From Veleropilina oligotropha (lineage: Eukaryota): a DNA stretch of 64,000 nucleotides. The notes beneath the pieces are model-generated. The model saw only the letters and a program-made list of their open reading frames with translations, did no database searches and was not told the DNA's origin. Numbering within the stretch: position 1 is the stretch's first letter; every line of letters starts with the position of its first letter. The stretch is from positions 1 to 64,000 of the forward strand of contig JBEUKZ010000002.1 in NCBI GenBank assembly GCA_048128005.1, given 5' to 3'. Below, piece by piece: positions 52,197-64,000 of this stretch. Position numbers and translations under genes: made by a program.

Positions 52197-54209
52197 GGTT
52201 ATCTCCCAATTGTCAGACGTGCCAATAGTCAGACAGGTAATTATCACACCTTGTAATTAAGGCAAGTATGCAGACTTACCTAATGATAAAATGGAATAAC
52301 CTTATGTCGCATGTCGGAGAGTAATAGTGAGCCGAATTCTCCAAAAATAATTCATAACTCTTAACTGTATGTATATGAGCAGTCTTCACTGCTTGCTTAA
52401 ACCCACTATTCATCTGACCGCTGTGTCCAGTCAACTTATTGATTGGTGGCGATACATATCACAACTCACAAAAGTAAATCCTATGATTACTGTTAACTGC
52501 ATCTACATATGAAAAAAAATCACTAAGTGAATCATTCCATTTGGAGTAAATTGTATCACCCACATGTAGTCTTATTTTATTTATCATATACTATGGCACA
52601 CCTAGTTAAAGTAAACTATGTTACTTCGCAAAGAGGGACCCCGAAAGTTTTGCTTGATGGATACTTGTACAACCGGAATAAGGTCCGGCAGTCGTGTGTC
52701 CATTGGAGATGTATAATGAAGACTTGCACTGGCAAATACACCACTATCAACGATTTCGCACGAAACACCACCGAACATAACCATCCACCAGAAGCTGAGG
52801 ACAAACTTACATTTGTAAGCAATCTGCGTAAACGTGCCAGAGGAAACTACGCATATGCATTATCTGTACAACGACGAGATTACGCGACAGGATGGGGCTT
52901 TAATTCCCCAACTTCCATCATTTCCGAGTACGAGTAGTGCTTTGGACAGACATCGACGTAAAAACATTCCATCGCTTCCAAAGAGTAGAGCAGAAGTGAA
53001 TCTTGAAGGCAGTTGGACCGAAACATCTGATAGTAGACCATTTCTTCTCTTCAACGATGGCGATGATAAGAAAGTTTTAGCGCTTTCCACAACTGAACAA
53101 CTTGAAAATCTACAAGCTGCAGATGTTTTATACATGGATGGAACATTTTCGTCATGCCCGGAGCTATGGGACCAAGTTTATATCATTCATGCAAGACACC
53201 AATATATTACGTATCCACTCGTTTATGCGCTATTACCAGATCGACAATCTACCACCTACGCCAGACTGTTTAGCTTGTTAAAGACAATCGTTTAGCAGCG
53301 ATTAAATCGACCCCTTGCTCCATCAAAAGTGCAAACAGATTTCGAACTGGCTTCAATTCGTGCTATAGAGAGAGAATTCCCGGAAACTGAAGTTAAAGGA
53401 TACTTCTTCCATTACTGCCAGGCAATTTGGAGGAAAACGCAGGACTTAGGACTAGCTGCTCGTTACAAAGATTATCCTGACGTACGAAGATGGATTCGAC
53501 GCGCTGGACTACCATTACTTCCACAGAACGATGTGCAAGACGCCTGTATGGAAGCAATGGACACTACTCCCGATGTTCCTTGCGTTGAGGAGTTTAACGA
53601 TTATATGGTGATGGATTGGGTGGACTATGACGCACGATTCCATCTGTCATTGTGGAATCACTATGAAACACAGTGACCAAGAACTAATAACAACAAGGGA
53701 TTGAAGTAAGTGAAAAAGCCAAACTCGCCCAGATTAACGTTGGTGCAGTGCCTCCAAATAGAAAAAGAGTATGGAAGGAAATCGAACAGAGAATCATTCG
53801 TTGATATCGCAACTGGACGAAGGTATGAAGACGGCAATTCAATTTTTAGATGCCATCGGGCAACTGTTAAAATTAAGTTAAAATTCGGTTTCATTGAACA
53901 TTATTAAATTAAGTGTTATTGTATTTGATCAAGATAACTTTTACTGTTGCTTATGACATTTTATTGTCTTATATGATGTTAGTGTTATTACCTTACTATA
54001 TATACACGTATCAGTAACTTATGTTGTAAATGTACATATTCGATACAATAAACATGGTATACTATATTTTATGTTTGACTACGTTTATTAATTGGATCAT
54101 ACCATTTAATTAATGGGTAAGGAGCATGGGATTATGTGTGCAGCCAACCTTTAAATCTGTAGGATTAACCTGTCTGAGATATGGCATGTCTGACAAATGG
54201 GAGGTTACC
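52197..54209 (+). mobile_element. Mutator-like (MULE) DNA transposon, decayed
   Basis: TIRs ggttatctcccaattgtcagac / gtctgacaaatgggaggttacc; 8-bp TSD gtttgtac (52189-52196, 54210-54217). Confidence 0.85.
52593..53700 (+). pseudogene. FLYWCH + MULE transposase, frameshift ~52840 and internal stops
   Basis: GYLY..HWRC...HNH; YMDGTF, PLVYALLP, TDFE, FFHYCQAIWRK. Confidence 0.85.
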
Positions 54210-54505
54210 GTTTGTACTCGTTGCATTAGTTCAGAGCTTTCATTATAGCGTTTGCTGCTAAAGATCCATTGACGACTGCGATATGCTTATGATATAGGTG
54301 TAACAAAAGTTGAAGACTGTACCGTTCGTTGCTTTAGTTCTGACATTTCTAATGTCACGGGAATATATGACCATACATATAAAAACAATCGAATCATGCG
54401 TCACTGCTGGAACTAATAGGTCATAATAATTATATCATGGCATTTCCTGATTTCATTTCATTATAACGTATCCACGTAATGCTATTCCGAGATAATGGAT
54501 AATTT

Positions 54506-54951
54506 TTTATTATATGCCAGTCGTTTTCTGACGCCTATTCTCGCGCAATTTTCCGAGACCCTGTATCACGGACACAGCTGATATCGATTCAGAAAACGTC
54601 TCCTGCTTATATATTCACAGGAAAACGTCTCCTGCTTATATATTCAAATGGCTGACAAATCGTACGAACTACTTCCAATATAGTCCTATACTATTTCAAC
54701 CTCCCTTACAGGTTCGTGACTAAAATTATCATAATCTTTCGATTCAATTTGATAAGAAACTTGTTGTGGCATATAATAAAAATGTTATCAGTTAGTGTGT
54801 GGATTCTAGCACATCGGAAACCTCTCGTGACGTCTTAGTTTTTGCGGCGGATAAATCGCTCGAACTTCGTTCTCGCGATTAATCCGCTGCAAAAACTAAG
54901 ACGACACTCGAGGTTTACGATGTGCCAGAATCGACACAATACTGATAACAT
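54506..54951 (-). mobile_element. Non-autonomous hairpin-ended element
   Basis: Perfect 14-bp IR tttattatatgcca (54506-54519) / tggcatataataaa (54767-54780), then a ~170-bp hairpin centred on ctcg-aacttcgtt-ctcg (54859-54875). Confidence 0.65.
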
Positions 54952-55369
54952 CATTATATTGCGCATTTTCATGTACCAATGCTTGCTCAAAGCGCTACAT
55001 CATTATTATTCCCTGGTTACCGACCTGTTCTGTACGAGATTCTATTTCAACTTTCTCTGACAGTATTACAGCCGAGCTGCCATTTATTGGCGCTTCAGAC
55101 TAGTCATACTGGCAATTTTCATCACTGCCAACAAGGTACTCACTCAGATCGGCTGGGTGAAATCAAGGAAATTAGCTGGGATCTGGGATTGAACCCAAAC
55201 CTCTCGATGGGAGGCCAGTGCATCTACCACGGTTGAAATATTCTAGTCGCTTTCGTATTACGATGCGAAAAATGAGGTACTACTGCTATTAAACCCTCGT
55301 TGGCATCAAAATAGCAAACTGAAGACGGGGAAATAAGCAAAGACAATATATTGGTACAGAATGCAACAC

Positions 55370-55855
55370 ATTACTTTCATATCGCGAAATCCGCGACGTC
55401 TGATTGGTCAAAATGACATCACGTGGAGTTTGGTAAATACTCGTCTCAAACCCGACGTTTTCGTATCAAACTACACGTGGTCTGCTAGACGTCATTCGCT
55501 TCTGCGGGAGACAATAAAATGTTTTCAAGTATTTCTTTGAGATTCAATCATATACATCAATGTATATGACTAAACTATTCCTCAGCTTTTCAAATATCCA
55601 AGTTATTTTGCGCTTAGAATAACCCGATAGGTGCAATTTTACATGACGTTATTCATTGCTTAGTCATTGTTCAGCATTGACAGGAAGCTTTTTTTAAATA
55701 AAATAAAAATAAAAATGTTATCCTGTAGCGTCTCTTTGGATACTACGTTTATCGTGTTGGCTATGAAAATATCACACTCGACTTCGTCTCGTGTGATATT
55801 TTCAGAGCTCACAGGATAAACGTACGTCTCAAATTCGCCGCCCCAGGATAACGTT
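55370..55855 (-). mobile_element. Non-autonomous hairpin-ended element
   Basis: Hairpin 55715-55854 centred on ctcg-acttcgt-ctcg (55777-55791); left boundary uncertain. Confidence 0.5.
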
Positions 55856-56107
55856 CAATAGATAGACTTGGTAGCCCCATGCAAAATTGATCGCAGTCCA
55901 TGACAGTAATAACACCCAAATACGTGTTTCATCTCAAGAGTTTACGAAGCGTACGGCATACAACTCACAGAGATTGGAGATGTGGGAGTAGTAATTTGTC
56001 GTCTTTCTTCAGAATTATTAATTAATGTTGGACTCATTTTTAGCTCGCCTGTTCGAAGAACAGTAGAGCTATTTCTATGATCAGCTCGTATGGCGTCGGC
56101 GTTTCCT

Positions 56108-56508
56108 ATAGACCATTTCACCAGACATTCGGCAATATTCGGAAACCGCTCGGGATTTTAGTCACATGGCGCCAAGTCATGTGACTGCATGAGCCTGGTA
56201 GTCAAACAATGGCGGCCGCGACATCGTCTGCATCTTGTTTACGTCGGGGCACGTGCGGGTAAGTAGAATTTCCCGGGAATTCCGGTGTGTATGCAACTTT
56301 TTACCCCCTAAAAATGATCCGGGATTCTGATTGTATCTTCAAACAAGCATTGACAATATTAAGGCCACATAAAGTTGACGGCATAACTACCTGGGAGCCG
56401 CCATGTTGTTTGACTGCCAGCCGCTGATTGGTCGATACGTTCGGCATATCGGCGAACAGCCGTGTATTTCCGTTGTTGTTCGGGGGAACTCGGAGTGAAA
56501 TCGTCTAT
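56108..56508. mobile_element. MITE
   Basis: atagaccatttcac / gtgaaatcgtctat TIRs and internal gtcaaacaatggcggc / gccgccatgttgtttgac IR. Confidence 0.6.
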
Positions 56509-57869
56509 TGAATTAAAAGCGTACGCTTTTATTCACGGCGATCATTCACTTCGGTTTCTGGAAGTTTCGACCATATCGACGTATATTTAGTTTTTAACGA
56601 AAACAATACTTTATCTTAACGTAAAGTTTCAAGTAATGACTCCCTAGACCCCATCCCACTGGGTGTGAGTTAACAGACAACATGACGACAGCAACTCTTT
56701 TGTGCTACAGTCATATTGGACACATGAGAGGAAATTCTGAAATATTCAGTGAAATCTTACCTTCGCAGGTAGGACTACCGTGATATATTTATACCAGTGT
56801 GTTCTACCAGAAGACCAGCTCACACTTTCGAAACAACGTAGCCAAGCAAGGGATTGGGGTAGACGCTATAACCACATTGCCACGGTGGCCGTCTCTGAAT
56901 ACTGTAAAACAGAAAATGTAAATAAAAGTGTAAAATCTTTAATATATTGAATTTATCTCCACTACTACAAAGATCTACTCTGCAAAGCTTAATGGATGGA
57001 CCAATATATTTTGAAATGAATAGATAAATAGATATCATGTATCAGTTGATAATATCAAAAGGTTAATATAGAAAATAGTATACAATTGTATGAAACGACA
57101 AGTAGGTATGCATATGCAAATAAGATATACAAAGATGTGACAGTAACAGTATATTTGACAAAGTCAGGAGCAAAACCCAATCGCATTTTCATGAGATAAC
57201 TATCGCTGGTAGAGGTATCTGTACTAGTTATCGATAGTAAAATCATTTTTTGCTTAAACACCCTATATAGCCCATGTTAAACGCGTGCATGAAGCTTCTT
57301 TGTTTGCAAAAGTCAGTTAACGCCCCCAGTTGACGAAAATCGTGTATAGCGCTTACCGGGTTTTGCGTCTGAACTCTTTATGTATAGACATATTAAATAT
57401 ATAAACATAGTTTTTACAAAAAAATCACAAATATATATAAAATCATATACAATACAATAATTACATGCATTTGAACAACTTTTAAACAAATCACCAGTCT
57501 ACACTAGTAGGTACAGTATGCTTCGCCAGTAAAACTTTCTTCACCAAAATCGACAAAAAACACAAATCTTTATTTACTGATTGTTAACTTGTAAAATACT
57601 TCCAAAATAGTCTTATTCACAAATTAATTGTGTTTTTGGCGTGGAACTATCTCGTCTCACTCTTTGTATATGCGATTTGAGTCAATGTCCCGTTGCTAAC
57701 AACCTTCGCTGTCAGTGAGGAAATCACGGTTGCCAGAGAAAAGTCGTCCCCAATATAAATATGAATATAACTGTCACTGTTAAATTAAAAAGATTGCCCC
57801 GCCGGGATTCGAACCCACTTCTGTTCCACGCGTGGTTTATGTATAATGCTTGATCACGTTATGTTATCG

Positions 57870-58712
57870 TCATTTTATTGCCACTGGTGAAAAATGTTCG
57901 TGCTTCGGAAGTGGCCCAGACGTGGTGAATTGTTCTATGGATGTTGTATACGACTGCGCATGCGAAAACCTGTTCATGCGCAGCATTATCAAATATCGTA
58001 ACATGCCCGGAATCGACAGAAATGCAATATAACACAAAAGACGAAGAATTACATCTGTATCTTCTAAGAGGGAACTGTATGACATGCTCACCGTTGTAAA
58101 GTAAAATGATAAGCATGTCAGCAATAACTTGAAAAGAAACAGCACAATCTGGCCACGAATCGGTTGATGTTTCTCTTTAATATAGTTAAATAGCGATTTG
58201 CTAATGCTGTATTTCCCATTTTGAAAATGGACGGGCCCATTCGCCATTGATCTCGCCTCTTGTAGTATTTTTTTGGTTAAGCTATCATACACTTTGGCCA
58301 GATCAGAATAATACAACAGGGCGTATATCACTAAGGCGATTACATAAATGGTCAGCGGGATAGTCTTTGGTGGATATCTGGGAATTGCAATTACGAAAGT
58401 AAATACGGCAAATTCAAATACATTTGTGACCGACTGGCCGTAGAAATCAAACACAATGATGGTACATATTAGAAAACAGACGAAACTTAGGAAACAAGAT
58501 GACAACATATCTCGACCTCCCTGCAAATTCACTTCTTGATAAGATGCAGTTTCGCTTTCATTTGGCATTTCAACACTGTCATATTTCCTACCCCCCATTG
58601 CAGTGCTTCCCAAAAGGCGTGCGCTTCCATCATCGTCAATTTTCTCAACAATTTCGGTTTCATCATCGTCGGCCAGAGTCTTAGCATACGTCTGAGTACA
58701 TAGCCCCACCAC
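57870..58712 (-). pseudogene. 3' part of a host multi-pass membrane protein gene, cut at its 5' side by an insertion at 58713
   Basis: ~280-codon open frame with several hydrophobic segments; upstream it runs directly into repeat sequence with no native start. Confidence 0.5.
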
Positions 58713-59530
58713 TATGGAGCCGAATAGGTGCAAAAATTCTACATCCTACATTCTTTATTCTACATCCATCATTCATCATGCTACATGGTAAAATACAAGG
58801 TGCAAAAATTCTACATCCTACATTCTTTATTCTACATCCTACATTCTTTATTCTACATCCTACATTCTTTATTCTACATCCTATATTCTTTATTCTACAT
58901 CCCACATTCTTTATTCTACATGATAAAAACGGTTATAGAATAAATATTTCTACAGTTAGAAGCATATTAGCAGCTACAACTTGGAACTCGCATGTTCGTG
59001 TTGGCATGTTGAGGCTAGCATGTTGACGCTGGCATGTTGAGGTTGGCAAGGTCGTGTTTGAAAGTCTAGCATGCGGTGTTAAAGTGTGAAACTAACCGCT
59101 CCCTAGCTGTCACTCGTCGCTGAGAACCTCGTTGAAAGAAAGGTAATATCGGTATCATGTATATTATGTTTAATCTGTGACTGATATAAGAGTAGTACTA
59201 AGCAGTCACAGGTTAAACATAATATACATGATACCGATATTACCTTTCGTTCAACGAGGCTCTCAGCGACGAGTGACAGCTAGGGAGCGGTTAGTTTCAC
59301 ACTTTAACACCGCAGCGCCATCTATCAGGCAGATTTGAGATAGCATAATACGTATGGAACCGAATAGGTGCAAAAATTCTACATCCTACATTCTTTATTC
59401 TACATCCATCATTCATCATGCTACATGGTAGCCTCAACATGCCAACACGAACATGCGAGTTCCAAGTTGTAGCTGCTAATATGCTTCTAACTGTAGAAAT
59501 ATTTATTCTATAACCGTTTTTATCATGTAG
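58713..59530. repeat. Composite fold-back: TATGG-ended module twice, 21-bp tandem repeats, two nested inverted repeats
   Basis: Direct repeat 58713-58790 / 59353-59430; IR 58916-59017 / 59429-59530; hairpin 59072-59183 / 59203-59314; unit ttctacatcctacattcttta. Confidence 0.8.
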
Positions 59531-60400
59531 GGCGCGTTCAGACGTTCTGAGGACACGGCCATCTCGGACGCTTACGGTCCGAGGTTCCGCATCCCGCTGG
59601 ACTTCGAGTTGCTGGAGAGCCACATGCCATTCTACCAAAGTGCGTTGGGGGACCGTCTGGAATATGAGCTCACCTTCAACGACCACTCAAGGACGATCAG
59701 GGACACCGACGACCCCAGCTCCAGCTACGTCATCGACAATATCAGCCTGGAATACGATATGGTCACTAATCTTGAGCTTGCCAGATTGATACAAAACCAA
59801 TACTCGGGCCGCCTCACGATCCTGTACGATCGTGTCCTGCGGCATCGTAAGATCACCAGAGACAAGAGTGACACTTTGTGGAATTTAAATTTGAACGTTC
59901 CGGCGAAATCCATGAAGGGAATCCTACTTCTGTTCGAGGATCCCGCGAGAGACGCCGCACCATTCGCGAGGGACACCGAGGCCTTCTACAATCCGAAGAT
60001 CACGAAGGTCGAGGCCACTATTGAGGGTGTCCCGAATCAAATATACAGCCAGGGCATGCGTTCCTACCAGATGTGGGACGAAGCCAGGAGATTCTTCGCC
60101 TCCTCCCCGATCAGCAAGCGCCATCCTGAGGTGGCGTTGTTTGCCAAGGATTTGGAATTGGCGGACGTCACCCTGGGCCAGTTCTTGACGAATAAATTTG
60201 CTCTAGTTATAGACCTGAGGGTCACCGACGACGACGCGCTGCATGGGTCAGGCCGGAAAGTAGATAACGCCAGCGAGGGCATCACGATTCAGATCACGAA
60301 GACAGGCGAAGCCGCCAGCCCGTTGAACGTCTACGTGTTCGTGATAATGGACGCGCAACTGCATATTCAGGATGGACGCTTTGTCACCGCGCTATACTAA
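59531..60400 (+). pseudogene. Putative major capsid protein, 5'-truncated
   Basis: Homologue of 29850-30698; frame open from 59531. Confidence 0.65.
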
Positions 60401-61007
60401 AAGACAGTTCCCGCACCCCAAGGATCCCCACTCCGCGATCATCTGCGGCCAGACGGGCTGTGGGAAGACGGTTTTCATGCTTGAACTTCTGGAGGGGGAG
60501 TACCTAGGAGTGTTCCGGCATATTGTGATCCTCTGCCCCACGATCAAGTACAACAAAGCATACCAGTCCTGTCCATGGATCTGGACTGACCCTGAGGTGT
60601 ACTTGATCCCCCCCGGTGAGCGACTCCATGACTGGTTGCGGGGGTTCTACCGGCTGTTTCAGGGGGAGTCGACTCTGTACATCATCGACGACTGCGCCGC
60701 CAGCAAAGCCCTCGCAAAGAGAAGGGATATGCTGACTTTGTTGGCCTTCAGCGGAAGACACGCCGAACAGAGCGTATGGGTAGTGACGCAAAAATACAAC
60801 GCAGTCTTGAAGGAGCTCAGAGAGCAGACCCGCTGGGTCGCGCTGTTCCATTGCAAGGACCGCGACAGCTTCGAGGACTGTCTGCGCGAGAACGATGTTA
60901 TCTCATCCTGCGACGAGAGAACCGCAGTGCGCCGGCTTTTGGCCGAGACCCGACACAAAAAGCTGCTGTTGAAAACTGATCAGCCTGTTGCTTATAGTGT
61001 GTTGTAG
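60372..61007 (+). CDS. A32-type packaging ATPase
   Basis: GQTGCGKT, YIIDD, SGRH. Confidence 0.9.
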   Translation: MDALSPRYTKRQFPHPKDPHSAIICGQTGCGKTVFMLELLEGEYLGVFRHIVILCPTIKYNKAYQSCPWIWTDPEVYLIPPGERLHDWLRGFYRLFQGESTLYIIDDCAASKALAKRRDMLTLLAFSGRHAEQSVWVVTQKYNAVLKELREQTRWVALFHCKDRDSFEDCLRENDVISSCDERTAVRRLLAETRHKKLLLKTDQPVAYSVL

Positions 61008-61060
61008 CAGCTACCTGGCTAGCCCTAGCATCTACTTAGCAGCTACTTAGCTAGCTAGGC

Positions 61061-61813
61061 ATGTCGGATGCTGTATACATAGCTTTTGCTTGCAGCCAGA
61101 GCCTTCTGTTGCTGCTACTCGCTACATTGTGGTACTGGCATTATCGCTATATTAGACCGCTCCGAAGATGTTGGAAACGCTTCAAGATGGACAGCCTTCT
61201 CGACCAACTCATGGACGACGAACAAGAAACGACCGTCACCGGCCCACCCCGCTCGACGACCTCCGGCGAGGAACCTGTCAGTAACTCCGTAGGCACGGCA
61301 AAGAAGCGGGAGAGGCTTGCCGCGCTAGCCGTTGGAGGACAGGCCCACAGATACTTGGGGCGCAACCTCACAATTGACCGGATCGACGAGATGACCGATG
61401 ATGAGATCGACAAACACCACGCACGGTACGAAGCGAGGCTCGGTGCCGAGATGACGAAAACCCTCGGGACTGCGGCGATTCATCTCTATGCGGGTGTAGC
61501 GGGGATGTTCCTGCCCATCCCGAGGGAAAGCCAGCCACGGCTGATCGCCGACCTCGAGGCAGACCCGTTCATCTCACATGCCCTGTGCACCGCAAGCTGT
61601 GAGCTTTATCATCAGTACGGCTCGTATCTCGCGCCGTTGACTGCCGCGCTGACCACGGCTAAGCACTGCCGATTTGGACACGTCTGCCCGCCCAAAATAT
61701 CGCGAGAGCGAGATCAAGATGACGACGCCGGAAACGGACCAGCCGATAGAGAGGGTGACCCAGCCGATAGAGACGATAGAGAGGGTGACCTCTTCTTCGG
61801 GGAAGGACCCTAA
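61061..61813 (+). CDS. Viral protein with N-terminal TM, 250 aa
   Basis: Homologue of 28449-29204. Confidence 0.75.
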   Translation: MSDAVYIAFACSQSLLLLLLATLWYWHYRYIRPLRRCWKRFKMDSLLDQLMDDEQETTVTGPPRSTTSGEEPVSNSVGTAKKRERLAALAVGGQAHRYLGRNLTIDRIDEMTDDEIDKHHARYEARLGAEMTKTLGTAAIHLYAGVAGMFLPIPRESQPRLIADLEADPFISHALCTASCELYHQYGSYLAPLTAALTTAKHCRFGHVCPPKISRERDQDDDAGNGPADREGDPADRDDREGDLFFGEGP

Positions 61814-62213
61814 GAAGGTGGCTGCAGGGAGGGCCGGAGCTGCTGCGAGAAAGGCCAAGCAGGAGAGGCTCCTTGCCGAGGTTCGAAAACTTAAGGAAGA
61901 CACCCGCAAAGTTCCAGAACTACCGGAGGCACAGCCCCACCAACAAAAACACAATGGTGCCCCCGCGGCCGAGATGACCGCGGTCGAAAACGACGTTCGC
62001 GCCGTACAGTCGGCTACACGGAAATCGGACCCATTTAATTGGACCCAGGTAGCCGTTGCTGCCGGTACGGTTGCGTTGCTATTTGTTGTCTGGAAACGTA
62101 GCAGTGGTCCATCCACACCACATCAACAGCCACTAGCACAGGCGAGGCAGCCTACCACCCCAAGGGCCACCACCGAATTGAAGAATGAGCACAACCCGTT
62201 CCATATGCGATAG
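61719..62213 (+). CDS. Viral basic-motif/TM protein
   Basis: Homologue of 28055-28546. Confidence 0.7.
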   Translation: MTTPETDQPIERVTQPIETIERVTSSSGKDPKKVAAGRAGAAARKAKQERLLAEVRKLKEDTRKVPELPEAQPHQQKHNGAPAAEMTAVENDVRAVQSATRKSDPFNWTQVAVAAGTVALLFVVWKRSSGPSTPHQQPLAQARQPTTPRATTELKNEHNPFHMR

Positions 62214-62225
62214 TAGCAGTACAAC

Positions 62226-62465
62226 ATGACTACCCCGATTACTGACGGAAAGATGCTCGGCAACGCCGTCTATCACTCGGCGATCGTATTAGGCCTTACC
62301 ATCGGCTACGCACGCCTGGGAAAAATGGTATTCAAGGGACCAAGCCCCAAACTGGACTTAACTGGTTACGACGTCGGGATGGTCGTCCTCGACGTAGCGC
62401 TCGCCATGGCGACGAAAGATATGCTGATCAAGCAAGGCATCATTCCGGCCGACGTTTTGAAGTAG
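62226..62465 (+). CDS. Small hydrophobic viral protein, 79 aa
   Basis: Homologue of 27790-28029. Confidence 0.75.
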   Translation: MTTPITDGKMLGNAVYHSAIVLGLTIGYARLGKMVFKGPSPKLDLTGYDVGMVVLDVALAMATKDMLIKQGIIPADVLK

Positions 62466-62495
62466 TGGGACCTGCTAGATAATCGCAGCACTTCA

Positions 62496-62926
62496 ATGGC
62501 TTCCATTGCGATGCTGGTTGGGGGCGCTCTCGTCAACGCCCTCGCCTTCAGCGGGTCGAACTTCCTTTTCTCGAAGCTACGCAGCTCCGGTGTTGATGAG
62601 GAGCGTAAACGCCACGACAAAGCCGTAGAGCAGCTCAACGCCGCTCAGACTAAGTGGTCACAACAGAGGGCAGAGCGTCTCGACTGGCTGAACGTTGATC
62701 TTCGCCCCAGGGTCACGCTGTTGGCACATTCCGGGATGTTGATGCCGTGATCCGTGAGTATGCCTTGATCACCGGCAAGAACCTTGACCCCGCCCTGGGG
62801 GGTGGCCCTGAGCCCGCCCTGTCTGACTACTACACGCCTAGTGATGACCAGAAGGGACGTGAGATCACCTTCGTGATCCTGGGGATGGCGGCGACTGGGT
62901 TGGTCGCCTACAAGCTCCTACCCTAA
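62496..62926 (+). pseudogene. Viral membrane protein with 1-bp deletion at ~62706
   Basis: cttcgccccagg versus cttcgccgccagg in the intact copy. Confidence 0.7.
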
Positions 62927-62966
62927 TTATTTCCAGTGGACATTTTTTTCGTGGGCCTGTATAATA

Positions 62967-63266
62967 ATGGGGCTCCCAGAAGAGCTGTACTGTGCCATGC
63001 TTGCGGTCAGCGGGGTGGGCCTTGGTACTACGTCACTCGACTGCTGGCGGCGCAACGAAAAGACTATGGTGCGGTTCGCGGTCATGGTGCTCTCGGGCCC
63101 GACCAACCTTCGGGCGACGACTGGGCAGCGACCGGCTCCGGAAGCTGAAGCCTGTTGGAGACTGATCACGTTGCTGGAATACATTGCCAGTCTCGATGGC
63201 AGCGAAGACCGGCAAAAGAACTCGAGGGCGCGGAATGGACCGGAAGCTTGCGACTTTCTACTATAG
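62967..63266 (+). CDS. Small viral protein (MGLPEELYC...), C-terminally extended
   Basis: Homologue of 30748-30969. Confidence 0.55.
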   Translation: MGLPEELYCAMLAVSGVGLGTTSLDCWRRNEKTMVRFAVMVLSGPTNLRATTGQRPAPEAEACWRLITLLEYIASLDGSEDRQKNSRARNGPEACDFLL

Positions 63267-64000
63267 CCCCCGAGGCTACTGGAAAGGGATCGCCGCGATA
63301 CAACATCTCTCGGCCGCAGTAGATGTCTCTGAAGACGTGGCCCGGGATTGGCTGAAGAAGCAGGCCATCTGGCAAATCTATTTACCTGCGCCACGGCGGA
63401 TTCCAAGACCAAAATTCGACGTCGAAACGCCGAACGAGGTTCACCAAGACGATCTCCTGTTTCTCCCACACGACAAGGTCGGTCGTAAAACATACAAGTA
63501 TGTGCTTACAGTTGTTGACGTGGCCTCACGCTACAAAGAGGCTGAGCCTCTGGCCACAAAAAGAGGCCAAAGGGGTTGCTGAAGCTCTGTCTCGAATCTA
63601 CAGGCGGAGTCCTCTTAGCTGGCCGAAACTGCTTCAAGTCGACCCAGGGAGGGAGTTTATGGGCGCGGTCTCCCAGCTGCTGGCTACAAATAACGTCGAG
63701 GTTAGGCGTGGCCGTGTGGATATTCATCGCGACCAAGGGATCGTGGAGCGCTTCAACCGGACGCTCGCTGAGCGGCTCTTCGGGCACCAGTATGCAACAG
63801 AGATGCGGTTTGCAGAGTCTGCGAAAGAGGGTCAAAGGTCAACTGAGTGGGTCGCCAGGCTGCCCGCCGTAGTTGCGGCCTTGAATGGGGAAGTGACCCG
63901 CCTCACCGGTAAAAAGCCAAAGGATGCCATTAAGGCACCTCGCGTTGCCCAAAAGCCCTCTTCCACTGTTCCAGACCAACAGGGGAAGGAACAGAAACTC
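63235..64000 (+). pseudogene. rve integrase, +1 frameshift in an A-run at ~63560, incomplete at the window end
   Basis: acaaaaagagg versus acaaaagagg in the intact copies; could also be a homopolymer sequencing error. Confidence 0.8.

Larger units (their letters stand above)
59531..64000 (+). mobile_element. Second Polinton-like virus copy (partial, runs off the window)
   Basis: Same gene order as 30698->26077: capsid-like gene, ATPase, five small ORFs, integrase. Confidence 0.9.

Noticed and set aside
56820..57300. Hydrophobic minus-strand ORF fragments
   Set aside because: Possibly a decayed membrane-protein paralogue, but too fragmentary to support.
58681..59026. ORFs with repeated GCRIKNV / ILHPTFF
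   Set aside because: Translations of the 21-bp tandem repeat.

Overview
AT-rich, repeat-dense eukaryotic DNA, most likely an invertebrate animal (spliceosomal introns, LINEs, SINEs, MITEs, Helitrons). The main feature is a 15.1-kb GC-richer endogenous Polinton/Maverick-like virus (21330-36454) with AGCAGCAG...CTGCTGCT termini and a 5-bp TSD (TCCCC). It is palindromic: each arm carries a Cys/His finger gene, a ~1290-aa PolB + SF1 helicase + HNH fusion and a retroviral-type integrase. The arms flank a single morphogenetic block (5'-truncated capsid-like gene, A32-type packaging ATPase, small hydrophobic ORFs). The element lies in intron 1 of a reconstructed host gene for a secreted, GPI-anchored Cys-rich protein. 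A second, diverged and partly frameshifted viral copy starts at 59531, behind a fold-back TATGG-ended repeat. Also present: an apparently intact three-exon Crypton-type tyrosine recombinase; several unrelated small elements that share a terminal hairpin with strand-specific CGAG/CGAG (tandem G-A) motifs; an RNase H LINE with structured tandem units in its 3' UTR; nested CR1/L2 LINEs; a decayed MULE with 8-bp TSD; a non-autonomous Helitron; an IS3EU-like MITE; SINEs; and a 55-bp minisatellite. All calls are from motif recognition by eye; no searches were run.
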